Notes under the pieces: model-generated
Databases searched by the model: none
The model's input: only the letters and a program-made list of their open reading frames with translations
What the model was told of the DNA's origin: nothing
Made by a program: the position numbers and the translations under genes
Part shown: in pieces, positions 1 to 8,952 of the stretch
Position numbering within the stretch: the first letter of the stretch is position 1
How the letters are laid out: every line of letters begins with the position of its first letter
Source: Chitinivibrionales bacterium
GTDB lineage: Bacteria; Fibrobacterota; Chitinivibrionia; Chitinivibrionales; WJMI01
DNA: 64,000 nt
Direction: 5' to 3'
NCBI GenBank assembly: GCA_014728015.1
Contig: WJMI01000206.1
Span: 3,266 to 67,265 of the forward strand

Positions 1-234
1 GGCACAGTTCGTGATACACACGGACATATCGCCGGAAACCGAATCGAGCGTAACGCCTGCCGGAAGCGTGATGCCCGGTGAGACCGCAATCCCGCTGCTG
101 TCGTCGCCGTTTCCGCCGCCGGAGTTGCCCGATGAAGGGTTGCCGTCATCACACGAAAAGAACACGAGCGCCGCGATGACGGCCAGGGCGCAGGTAAGCG
201 CCGGAAAGGTTTTCTGCGGTCGATATGCTGCCAT
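1..234 (-). CDS. lipoprotein, N-terminal part only (gene runs off the left edge)
   Basis: Absent from the ORF track because it is edge-truncated. Hand translation of the reverse strand from ATG 234..232 gives MAAYRPQKTFPALTCALAVIAALVFFSCDDGNPSSGNSGGGNGDDSSGIAVSPG..., i.e. signal peptide, Cys lipobox and Gly/Ser/Asp linker. GGAGAGG box at 247..241 lies 6 nt upstream. Preferred over the featureless opposite-strand ORF 11..295. Confidence 0.55.
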   Translation of the reverse strand, partial: MAAYRPQKTFPALTCALAVIAALVFFSCDDGNPSSGNSGGGNGDDSSGIAVSPGITLPAGVTLDSVSGDMSVCITNCA

Positions 235-400
235 GAGTGCCCTCTCCTCGGAAAGATGTTCAAGGCTCCATGTGCTCAACCTGCGGCAAATCTAACACAT
301 GCCGCCTCTCAAGCAAAGCCCGGCGGACAGCATACGCCACCGCGGCGCTTTTTCTCTGAGGATGGTTGACCCGCGCCGGGAAAGATACCAGTTTTCATCC

Positions 401-1609
401 ATGTTCCGGGCACGCATGACCGCACGCATTATCTGGATCCTGCTCGCCGTCGCGGCGGCACGCGTGCGGGCATTCGAGTTCCCCTACGACAATCTGCACC
501 ATCGGACGCTCCATTTTCTCCACCCGTTCGCGAACTACGAAATGCTTCCGTCATGGCAGCGCCTGATGGAAGACAGCCTGTTCGCGGCGAGCATGATCAG
601 GCTCAACTACGGGAGCGTGACCCTCAAGGAAATGATGACCGACATCGACGTGCGCATCAACCAGGAGCTGGACCACGGCTTCTGGTTTTTCTTCCGCCAC
701 CATACGTACCAGACGCATCATCTCGACCTCGATGAGCAGTCCAATTTCGTTGGCATAGAGAAGTATATCCTCGGGCCGCTTTCGGCGTTTCTGCACGCGG
801 ATTTCATGCGCGAGAAAGAATTCGCCGACATCCAGGTAGGTGTGTCCGTCGCCGATTCGAGCCGATGCCGGTACGTGCGTCTCGCCGTCCGGTTCGAGGA
901 TTTCATGTATGACTTCAAGAACGAGCTTGGCGGGAATGTTCTGCAAGACCCGCTCGCCCTGGTGTGGCATGTCAACTACGGATTCGGCCCGGTGAAGCTG
1001 TTTTCTGAAGGGTCCTGGACGCGGGGGTTCCGGCGGGAGTATGCCGACAGTATCCGGTCGCCGGACATGAGCTACCACCGGCAGCGCCACGGTAATGCGC
1101 TCGTGCGGCTCATGTACGCGCTCAGTTCGTGGTCGTCGGTTCAGGCGGAGCTGTTCCACTACCGGTTTTCGGAGCGAAAGAGATTCCACGATGCCTTGCT
1201 CTCATACCGGTTCGACAACGCTCTCTACCACGCGGGCGCCACCTGGGCATTCACGCTCCGGGACATCCACCTGTTCCGCCTCGGTCCGCGTCTGGTATTC
1301 AACCATGCCCGGGCCGGCGGGTATCGCGACTATACCTACGATCGGCGGGAAGTAATGCCCGTGGCCGCGTACGATCTGCTCTGGAAAAAAAACAGCTTCG
1401 GCCTGTCCTACTATGGGACGGCATACCGCTGGGACTGGGATGCGCGGGATACGCTTCCGTCAATAGACAAAGACGGCTATACGGCCAAGGGCATGTTTAC
1501 CTACGGAAGGCAGTTGTGGGAGCACGCCCATGTCCGGGGAAGCTACAGCCATGTGCTGGACGTGCCTGGGTTCAACGGATGGAACGTGCAGTATATCATG
1601 ACATTCTAA
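401..1609 (+). CDS. secreted protein, probable outer-membrane beta-barrel (family not recognised)
   Basis: ORF 299..1609 trimmed to ATG 401 (MFRARMTARIIWILLAVAAARVRA/FEF signal peptide; ATG 416 also possible). Aromatic-rich sequence ending ...GWNVQYIMTF, with the terminal Phe typical of OM barrels. Confidence 0.6.
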   Translation: MFRARMTARIIWILLAVAAARVRAFEFPYDNLHHRTLHFLHPFANYEMLPSWQRLMEDSLFAASMIRLNYGSVTLKEMMTDIDVRINQELDHGFWFFFRHHTYQTHHLDLDEQSNFVGIEKYILGPLSAFLHADFMREKEFADIQVGVSVADSSRCRYVRLAVRFEDFMYDFKNELGGNVLQDPLALVWHVNYGFGPVKLFSEGSWTRGFRREYADSIRSPDMSYHRQRHGNALVRLMYALSSWSSVQAELFHYRFSERKRFHDALLSYRFDNALYHAGATWAFTLRDIHLFRLGPRLVFNHARAGGYRDYTYDRREVMPVAAYDLLWKKNSFGLSYYGTAYRWDWDARDTLPSIDKDGYTAKGMFTYGRQLWEHAHVRGSYSHVLDVPGFNGWNVQYIMTF

Positions 1610-1714
1610 GCGGCACTGGACACCCTGAAGCTTCCAACCCGAATAGCTCATTATCACTGATATCCTTGGTGCCTTGGAGAATCAGTTTGTCAGACATACC
1701 AGGACACACGCCTG

Positions 1715-2710
1715 TCACAGACGGACTACGGTCCTGCCGATATGCGCCCCGGAAAGCATGAGGGCAATCCGCTCCTCCAAGCCCTCGAGCCCGCATTCGT
1801 GTACCAGTAATTCAGGAAGATCGGGTTTCCATTGGTGGCTCAGCCGGTCCCAGATTGTTTCACGAAGGCCCATTGCCGAGAAGGCGAGGTCGATGCCGAA
1901 CAGGCTGACTCCTCGCAGTATGAAGGGAAACACGGTAAGCGGCAGATCTGTCCCGCCGACCATGCCGCAGCAGGTCACCGCACCGCCGTAGCTCGTCGCG
2001 CGAATCACGGTTGACAAGGTTTCGCCGCCGACCGTGTCCACGGCGGCGTTCCATCTGCGTTTCAAGAGCGGCTTTCCGCTTGTATCGTGTGCTTTCTTCC
2101 GGGGTATCACGTCCCGCGCGCCGAGATCTTTGAGCATGGACACCTGTTCGCGTTTTCCCGTGGCCGCGGTCACCTGAAACCCGAGCTTCGCCAGTATGGC
2201 CACGGCAATGCTTCCAACGCCGCCGGTAGCGCCCGTCACCAGAACCGGGCCGCCGTCGGGCCGGATGCCGTATTCGGTCAGGCGGTACACCGAAAGCGCG
2301 GCTGTCAGCCCTGCCACACCCATGACCATGGTATCGCGAAGCGACATTCCTTCAGGGAGTTTCATCACCCAGTCGGCCGGCACCGATACATACTCCGCAA
2401 ATCCGCCCGGATAATCTGCGCCGAGATCGAACCCGTTCACCACAACCTTGTCGCCGGGTTTGAAATATCTGGAATGGCTCTGTTCGACCACGCCGGCGGC
2501 GTCTATCCCCGGAGTATGGGGGTAGTGCTTTGTCACGCCCTTATTGCCTGTCGCAGAGAGGGCATCCTTATAGTTGAGGGAGGAATAGCGGACCCTGACC
2601 TGTATATCGCCATCCGGAAGGTCGTTGAGTGGTTTTTCCCGGATACTGCGACGGAAAGAACCATCACTCTCTTCGGAAACAACCAGCGCCCTGTACGTCT
2701 GCGTGCTCAT
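1715..2710 (-). CDS. YhdH/AcuI-type NADPH-dependent MDR oxidoreductase (acryloyl-CoA reductase / quinone oxidoreductase family)
   Basis: ORF 1715..2758 trimmed to ATG 2710 (MSTQTYRALVV...). Motifs SSLNYKDALS, HTPGIDAAG and VLVTGATGGVGSIAV (Rossmann) match the zinc-free YhdH/AcuI subgroup. Confidence 0.85.
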   Translation of the reverse strand: MSTQTYRALVVSEESDGSFRRSIREKPLNDLPDGDIQVRVRYSSLNYKDALSATGNKGVTKHYPHTPGIDAAGVVEQSHSRYFKPGDKVVVNGFDLGADYPGGFAEYVSVPADWVMKLPEGMSLRDTMVMGVAGLTAALSVYRLTEYGIRPDGGPVLVTGATGGVGSIAVAILAKLGFQVTAATGKREQVSMLKDLGARDVIPRKKAHDTSGKPLLKRRWNAAVDTVGGETLSTVIRATSYGGAVTCCGMVGGTDLPLTVFPFILRGVSLFGIDLAFSAMGLRETIWDRLSHQWKPDLPELLVHECGLEGLEERIALMLSGAHIGRTVVRL

Positions 2711-2732
2711 ATCCTCTGTCTCCGCCCGACTA

Positions 2733-4685
2733 TCAGCCGCAGTGCGGGAATACCGCAAGCCGCAGGTGCGTGCATCCGTAGGGCACGAGCGTGACCATCT
2801 CCCGCTTTTTCGAAAGGCGTTTTCTCAGGGCCGGGGGATCGGGCAGCTGCGGAGTGAATACGAAGTCACCTTGTATCGGCCAGGCCTTGTCGAGGTGCGC
2901 GCCGTTGTCGGTGAACAAGATGCGCTTGCGTTTTTCCAGCACCCACCCTCTGACACGCCGGGCAGGGACCCGCAGCTCGATTGGCGCGCCGTCTGCCGAC
3001 CATGGGTTGTTGACGACCGGCCTGTGCACAACGTGCACGGCCTGGTCCACGGTTTTCGCGTTAACATCGAGTGCGTAATTCCAGGGCGATCCGGGGTACA
3101 CATTGTACGCGGGGAATTCGTCTGTCTGGCGCGGCTCCGATCGGTCGCGCTTCCATACCTCGCGAATGCGCAGCGCGTATACCAGCGGTCCCCGTTCGAT
3201 TGACACGCCGCCGCGCGGCCATCGAGAGAGCTTCAGCTCCATGGGAAGCACCAGGGACACGCGTTCGTTGGGACGAAACCGGTGATGGATACGCACGAAG
3301 CTCCCGCGCTTGCACGCGAGGTTGAGCGGCTTTCCGTTCAGAAGCACGCGCGCTTTCCGGCACCAGCCGGGTATGCGAAGGGTAAGGGGGAATTCGACCG
3401 GCTTGTCCGACTTGATAACGAAGTCGATCTGCTCTGAGAACGGATAACGGGTATCCTCCACAATGGTCACGCTCTGCTTTCTCTTGCCGGCTTTTGCAGT
3501 TACGCGTCCGGGACCATACAGGAGCGCGACCAGGCCGCCGTCACGCTCCTGCATCCACTGGCGTGCAACGTAGTTGGGAAGTATCCGGTTCACTTCACCG
3601 GGGCAGCATTCCGTTCCCGGGTTAGGCCTGAACGACATCCACTTCTTGCCGTGGTGATAGATGTTGTGGTTGCTGTTGCGCGCCGCCACCACCTGGTTCG
3701 GGCACGAGAAATATTGAAGCGCCCGAAAATCATCGCTCTTCACCGCGCCGGGAGCTGCATTGAAACACGCTCTTTCAATCTTGTCGGCATACGCTACATT
3801 GCCCGTTGCCATGAGCAGGTATCCCACGGCCCAGGTGTAGTCGGCGATATCGCAGGTCTCGTGGCTGTCGAGGGGATCTTTGCCGCGAAGATGCTCTGAG
3901 GAGCTGTGGATACCATCGACAAGCATCTGATCGCGATCCACCTTGCGATACGCGTGCAGGGTCGCATCGAGGCATTTCCTGTTGCCGGTGAAAAGGTATA
4001 CCGCGGCGCCAAGCTTGGCTATTTCGTTGAATGTGACCCCGTGCTCGGTAATACGCTTCGGGGAGGCCATCGCGCGCACCGCGGTGTCTTCGTTCGGATG
4101 CCGCTTCTGGTAGCGGCAATACGCTTTCGCGGCTTCCCGTAGTATACGCCTGTCGCCGGTTCGCGCATACAGCCAAAGCATAGGTTCCACGTTGGCGACA
4201 TCACGGTTGACACAGTGCGGCGATGTTCTCGAGAGATAGTGCCTGCGAAGTGCCTGCAAAATGTCGCTGCGCCCGGCTGCATCATAGTGTGCCATCAGCG
4301 CCCTGAAGAAAACGGCATGAGACCAGCGGTTGTCGCGGCCGTCTTTTTTCATGTGGCGGGGACCGAGATACCCGTCGGCATCAGGATGCGTGAGTGTAAA
4401 GTCCAACTGGCGCGCGGCCTTGGCCACCAGTTCTCTGTCGGCCAGAAGATGCCCGCATCGAATCGCGCCATCCACCCAGTAGGCGATCTGCTCGAATGGC
4501 CACCATGCCTCGGTCCCGCCATCGATCCGGCCGAGCGTTGCCCATCCCCTGGTATTGAAAGGATATCCCGCAGCTTCCATGTGGCCGGTGAGACCGTGAC
4601 GCTGGTTTTCGAGGTATACCCTCAACCACCCTTCCGGCTCGATTGCAGTAAGCGGCAGTTCTTTCAGCTTGCCGAAGTAACGCAC
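2733..4685 (-). CDS. GH127/GH146-like glycoside hydrolase (DUF1680, beta-L-arabinofuranosidase family)
   Basis: ORF 2733..4928; its first 81 codons overlap the upstream gene. Start moved to GTG 4685 (VRYFGKLKELPL...), preceded by AAGGAA. Contains HETC and, about 80 aa later, ECCPGE, matching the Glu/Cys3 Zn-site layout known for GH127. Confidence 0.75.
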   Translation of the reverse strand: MRYFGKLKELPLTAIEPEGWLRVYLENQRHGLTGHMEAAGYPFNTRGWATLGRIDGGTEAWWPFEQIAYWVDGAIRCGHLLADRELVAKAARQLDFTLTHPDADGYLGPRHMKKDGRDNRWSHAVFFRALMAHYDAAGRSDILQALRRHYLSRTSPHCVNRDVANVEPMLWLYARTGDRRILREAAKAYCRYQKRHPNEDTAVRAMASPKRITEHGVTFNEIAKLGAAVYLFTGNRKCLDATLHAYRKVDRDQMLVDGIHSSSEHLRGKDPLDSHETCDIADYTWAVGYLLMATGNVAYADKIERACFNAAPGAVKSDDFRALQYFSCPNQVVAARNSNHNIYHHGKKWMSFRPNPGTECCPGEVNRILPNYVARQWMQERDGGLVALLYGPGRVTAKAGKRKQSVTIVEDTRYPFSEQIDFVIKSDKPVEFPLTLRIPGWCRKARVLLNGKPLNLACKRGSFVRIHHRFRPNERVSLVLPMELKLSRWPRGGVSIERGPLVYALRIREVWKRDRSEPRQTDEFPAYNVYPGSPWNYALDVNAKTVDQAVHVVHRPVVNNPWSADGAPIELRVPARRVRGWVLEKRKRILFTDNGAHLDKAWPIQGDFVFTPQLPDPPALRKRLSKKREMVTLVPYGCTHLRLAVFPHCG

Positions 4686-4704
4686 GTGTTTCGTTTCCTT
4701 CTGA

Positions 4705-6369
4705 TTATGTGATCCGCCGATATTTTTCAACCGTCGCGCCCAGCCCGGGCGGTGATTCAGTGCCGGGCAGGCCCAGATAGACGTCCTGATACAGGCTGGC
4801 GCATCCGGGCATCGTGTCGATTGCGCGATAGGACTCCCATGCCCTGTCATAGCCGGTGATTGCTTCCCGAAGTGCACCGGTGTCATACCGGCCGCGCCGC
4901 TCGCCGGCGTACCCCAGCGCCATGACACGCCAACCCGCCTCGACTACTCGGAACAAGCGCACGCCATACTGCACGGAGGTGTACAGCTCCTCGCCGAGCT
5001 TCCTGTCGGAGAACGTGATTTCCTCGAATGTCCGTTCCACCTGTTCCCACAGTTCGACCGCTTCCCGCTTCTCCGCCAGCGCATTGCCGAGCAAGTCGTT
5101 TTCGTATAGGTACGAGAATATCTTTTCGAGCTGATGCAGGCCGCCGAGCCGATCGTCGCGCATCCACAGGGCCACGGGGGCATCGGACTCGTTCAGGGTT
5201 TTGTCCCACGCTTCACAATACCGGCCTTTCAGCACGGCCCTGGCCGCGAGCAGGCACAGCTCCCGGAATCGAGCGGCATCATCTTTCTTGAGTCCGGCGT
5301 GGGTGCGGCAGAATTCAGAGAAGATTTCCCCTTCCGCGCGTGACGGGTCGTGTGCCCAGGCAGCGATGACATACGCGTTCAGCGTGGGCCAGAACTCGTT
5401 GGTGAGATACGGGCCGAACCATCCGCCGCCGCGCGACCAGGCAAAGATTCCCTGAATGCGCCAATCGGAAACGAGGTCTTTCAAGCCGATGCGTTTCGCG
5501 TTTTCCTCGAACCCGTTGATAACACCGTGCATGACATAACTGGGATACGCCCCTTTGCCCTCGTACTCCCGCTGGCACTGCACTTCGACGATCTGCGCGT
5601 GATTCCCCTGTGCCAGGACTTCGTTGACCTTCACCCTTCTGAAAAAATCGTGTCCGGTGTGCTTGATGCTGAAAACCAGATTTTCGTGCGGCTCGATGCG
5701 GTCGGTGACATACCGGTAGAAGTCGAGACTCGCGTGGAAGCGATCGGTACGCGTGTCCCAGGTCCTGAAGAACAGAAGACGTTTGTGCCTGACACAGATT
5801 TCCTTGCGCAGGAACTCAATGAGCGCGACAAACTCGTCTTTTTCCGCGGTGGTCGGCGGTACGTATTCCGGGCCGTAGCGAATCGCGCTGTTGCCCGTGT
5901 GGAACGGCGTGTCGAACAGGTAGGTCTCACCCACTCTCGCCACGTAACCGTCAACCGCCGGCCATCGCCGGGTGAGCTCCTCAAACATCACCCGGTGCAC
6001 GTCAAGCGTGCGCTCGCTTTCGAGAAGAATGCGCCCGGTGGCGGGATCGCACATGTCATCACGGTAATGCTCGACAAGCGCTTTCGGCAGCACGAAAAGA
6101 TCGATATGGTGGAAGACCTTGAGCCCGGCGCTCTTGGCGGCGCGGATTTCCCGGTCTATTCGCGCGGCAAACGGATCGAGCCACGCGCGGGCCGGAGATC
6201 CTTTGGGGAAGAAATCGTGGCCGAGCGCATCGAAAGTGGCAACGCAGTTGATGTGCTTGAATACCTGGCCGTTGAACCCGAATGATACCAGCGTGCCGGG
6301 ATCGAGAAACCGGGTCTCAAACGGCGGCTCGCCGGGATTGTGGTGGACCAGGTCGATGGAGAATTTCAT
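4705..6369 (-). CDS. putative TIM-barrel glycoside hydrolase, family unassigned
   Basis: 554-aa ORF with a GAAAGGA box before ATG 6369, in the same operon as GH127-like/GH3/GH31 genes. Motifs VEVQCQREYEGKGAYP and WSRGGGWFGPYLTNEFW faintly recall alpha-glucuronidase-type barrels. Family call is unverified. Confidence 0.55.
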   Translation of the reverse strand: MKFSIDLVHHNPGEPPFETRFLDPGTLVSFGFNGQVFKHINCVATFDALGHDFFPKGSPARAWLDPFAARIDREIRAAKSAGLKVFHHIDLFVLPKALVEHYRDDMCDPATGRILLESERTLDVHRVMFEELTRRWPAVDGYVARVGETYLFDTPFHTGNSAIRYGPEYVPPTTAEKDEFVALIEFLRKEICVRHKRLLFFRTWDTRTDRFHASLDFYRYVTDRIEPHENLVFSIKHTGHDFFRRVKVNEVLAQGNHAQIVEVQCQREYEGKGAYPSYVMHGVINGFEENAKRIGLKDLVSDWRIQGIFAWSRGGGWFGPYLTNEFWPTLNAYVIAAWAHDPSRAEGEIFSEFCRTHAGLKKDDAARFRELCLLAARAVLKGRYCEAWDKTLNESDAPVALWMRDDRLGGLHQLEKIFSYLYENDLLGNALAEKREAVELWEQVERTFEEITFSDRKLGEELYTSVQYGVRLFRVVEAGWRVMALGYAGERRGRYDTGALREAITGYDRAWESYRAIDTMPGCASLYQDVYLGLPGTESPPGLGATVEKYRRIT

Positions 6370-6506
6370 TCAGATCCTTTCACATGCGGCCGTGTGCATT
6401 CTGCCTGTCTTCCTTTCAGGCCACGTTGGGCTCTTCGAGCGGCATAGCGGGCCGGCACCAAGAGAGAACCACAGCGCCGCCGCATGGTCTCGTGGCGCGC
6501 TTTGGA

Positions 6507-6716
6507 CTACGAATCACGAGGCAGCCGTTTCTTGGAAATCCCGCCGAGCAGAAGCCCCAGAGCAATGCCAATTCCCAACACGATGAATATGAGCAATGCG
6601 CGCGACAGCGAAAAGTGCCAGAAGATGAAGTTGATTTGCGTGACGTGAGTGTTCTGGAGCGTGAATATCACGACCAACAGCATCAGAAGAAAGGAAAGAA
6701 CAAATTTCACTTTCAT
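6507..6716 (-). CDS. LapA-domain (DUF1049-like) small inner-membrane protein
   Basis: 69 aa, two TM helices (FVLSFLLMLLVVIFTL; ALLIFIVLGIGIALGLLLGGI) and a basic tail; AGGAG box 7 nt before the ATG. Sits between two hydrolase genes. Confidence 0.7.
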   Translation of the reverse strand: MKVKFVLSFLLMLLVVIFTLQNTHVTQINFIFWHFSLSRALLIFIVLGIGIALGLLLGGISKKRLPRDS

Positions 6717-6737
6717 ACATGAGCTCCTCTTTCTTCA

Positions 6738-8888
6738 CTACGGTGTAACCACGAGCATAGTCGACACCGCGCCGCTTGCATCAACGCGCGGCTGTCCGCC
6801 GCCGACCGAGATTGAAAAATGTCCCGGCTCCACGAATGGATTTCCCTCATCGTCATACGCCGCAAGCTGCGCGGGCGTCAAGGTGAAAGAAACCGCTTTC
6901 TTCCGCTTGGGCTTCAAGTGTATCCGTTTGAAACCTTCGAGATGCAGCTTGGGGACGGGGACCGACGCGTGCACGTCGCTGACATAGAGCTGCACGACCT
7001 CGTCGCCGGCAACCCGGCCCGTGTTTTTGACATCAACCGTGACCGTAACCGACTCGCCGGGCGAGACAGCCTTTTTGCTGAGCCGCAGCTTCGAGTATGC
7101 AAACGAGGTATAGCTCAAACCGAAGCCGAACGGGAACAGCGGCGTTTCCTCCATGAACCGGTACGTGCGGCCGCGCATGTTGTAGTCTTCGAACGGCGGA
7201 AGCTGCTCAAGCGATGCAGGCACGGTCACCGGCAGTCGCCCGGCGGGATTGTAGTCGCCGAACAGCACGTCGGCCACGGCATTGCCCCCTTCCTGCCCCG
7301 GGTACCATGCGTACACTATCGCGTGAGCGGCATCGACAATGTCCCGGGGCAGCGAGAGCGCGCATCCGGAGGTCAGTACCAAAACGACAGGTTTTCCACA
7401 CGCACACACCTCGCGAAGGCACTTCTCCTGCCAGGGAGGGAGCCCGATGTCGGCGCGATCCCCCACGTGTTTCGAAGCAAGGGCATCACCCTCCTCGCCT
7501 TCGACAAACGGCGTGATCCCGAACACGGCAACTACGACATCGGCTCGCTTCGCATCACCGATACCCCAGCTCTTCGGGTTCAGGTTTTCACTGTACAGCA
7601 TGCTGCCGTTCGTGTGGCGAAGGCTCTGCCCGGGATGCAGTTTGCCCGCGATGCCTTCGAGAACGGTCGACATGCGGTCATTGACCCCGTAGTAGTTGCC
7701 CAGAAGCACGTCCATGTTCGTGGCAACAGGTCCCACCACCTGAATGACTTGCGCATCTTTTGCTATCGGCAGCACATCGTCTTTGTTCTTGAGCAAGACA
7801 ATCGATTCCTGTGCCATGCGGCGGGCGAGACGCCTGTGCGCATCGGAGTTTACCACGCGTTCGGGGATGCGTGCATAGGGGACCCGGCGGTCGGGATCGA
7901 ACATGCCCAGGCGGAACCGTGCGGTCAACAGCCGGGAGAGCGCGCGATCGATCGTCGCCTCATCTATCAGACCTTTTTCGACCGCATCGATGAGCGCGGG
8001 ATAGACGGAACCGCAGTTGAGATCGCATCCGTTTTTCACGCCCAGCGCAGCCGACTCGGCCGGACCGGCAGTCACCTTATGATGCGCGTGGATGTCTTCG
8101 ATTGCGCCGCAATCAGATACTACATACCCCTCAAAGCCCCACTGCCCGCGCAGGATGTCCAGAAGGAGCGTCTTGCTGGCGCAGCACGGCTCGCCGTTGG
8201 TGCGGTTGTAGGCCCCCATGACCGACACGGCCTTTCCTTCCCGCACGCACGCCTTGAACGCGGGCAGATAGGTCTCGGCCATATCGCGCCTGCCGGCAAC
8301 GGCATCGAACTCATGGCGCTTCGGCTCCGGACCGCTGTGCACTGCATAGTGCTTGGGCGTGGCCACGAGCTTGAGGTAGCGCGGATCGTTTCCCTGAAGT
8401 CCCTTGACGAAAGCAACGCCCATGCGCGCGGTGAGATAGGGGTCTTCACCGTACGTTTCCTGTCCCCGGCCCCAGCGGGGGTCCCTGAAGATATTAATAT
8501 TGGGCGACCAGTACGTGAGCCCCATGCAATAGGTGCGCAGCCCGCTTCGTATCGCGGCATGATGCTTGGCGCGGGCCTCGTCGGAGATCGCACGGGCGAT
8601 TTTGTGCAGGAGCGGCGGGTCAAACGATGCCCCCATGCCGATCGACTGCGGGAACACGGTGGCGATACCGGCGCGCGCCACACCGTGCAGCCCCTCGCTC
8701 CACCAGTCGTACTTGGGAATATCCAGCCGTTTGATCGCCGGGGCATCGTGCACCATCTGGGAGACTTTCTCCTCGAGCGTCATCCGCGCGATCAGGTCGG
8801 CGACCCGTACTGCCACCGGAAGATCGGGATTCTGGTATTTCCGGGAATAGGTTTTCTTTTTAGCGCGCGCTGATTTCTTTCCGGCCAT
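6738..8888 (-). CDS. GH3 beta-glucosidase / beta-xylosidase
   Basis: 716 aa. KRLDIPKYDWWSEGLHGVARAG; GFEGYVVSDCGAIEDI (nucleophile Asp context); C-terminal Fn3-like region (VTVTVDVKNTGRVAGDEVVQLY). Confidence 0.9.
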   Translation of the reverse strand: MAGKKSARAKKKTYSRKYQNPDLPVAVRVADLIARMTLEEKVSQMVHDAPAIKRLDIPKYDWWSEGLHGVARAGIATVFPQSIGMGASFDPPLLHKIARAISDEARAKHHAAIRSGLRTYCMGLTYWSPNINIFRDPRWGRGQETYGEDPYLTARMGVAFVKGLQGNDPRYLKLVATPKHYAVHSGPEPKRHEFDAVAGRRDMAETYLPAFKACVREGKAVSVMGAYNRTNGEPCCASKTLLLDILRGQWGFEGYVVSDCGAIEDIHAHHKVTAGPAESAALGVKNGCDLNCGSVYPALIDAVEKGLIDEATIDRALSRLLTARFRLGMFDPDRRVPYARIPERVVNSDAHRRLARRMAQESIVLLKNKDDVLPIAKDAQVIQVVGPVATNMDVLLGNYYGVNDRMSTVLEGIAGKLHPGQSLRHTNGSMLYSENLNPKSWGIGDAKRADVVVAVFGITPFVEGEEGDALASKHVGDRADIGLPPWQEKCLREVCACGKPVVLVLTSGCALSLPRDIVDAAHAIVYAWYPGQEGGNAVADVLFGDYNPAGRLPVTVPASLEQLPPFEDYNMRGRTYRFMEETPLFPFGFGLSYTSFAYSKLRLSKKAVSPGESVTVTVDVKNTGRVAGDEVVQLYVSDVHASVPVPKLHLEGFKRIHLKPKRKKAVSFTLTPAQLAAYDDEGNPFVEPGHFSISVGGGQPRVDASGAVSTMLVVTP

Positions 8889-8952
8889 GGTTCTCCTGCC
8901 TTGCGGATAGAAATTGGAGGATACGCGAAGAGCACGTAAAATAATCGAACAC

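Noticed and set aside
11-295. 94-aa plus-strand ORF at the left edge
   Set aside because: The opposite strand encodes a textbook lipoprotein signal peptide with an SD box. The plus-strand product has no features.
6819-8873. 684-aa plus-strand ORF covering almost the whole GH3 gene
   Set aside because: Antisense shadow ORF typical of high-GC DNA. The product is Arg/Gly/His-rich with no motifs, while the minus strand encodes an unmistakable GH3 enzyme.
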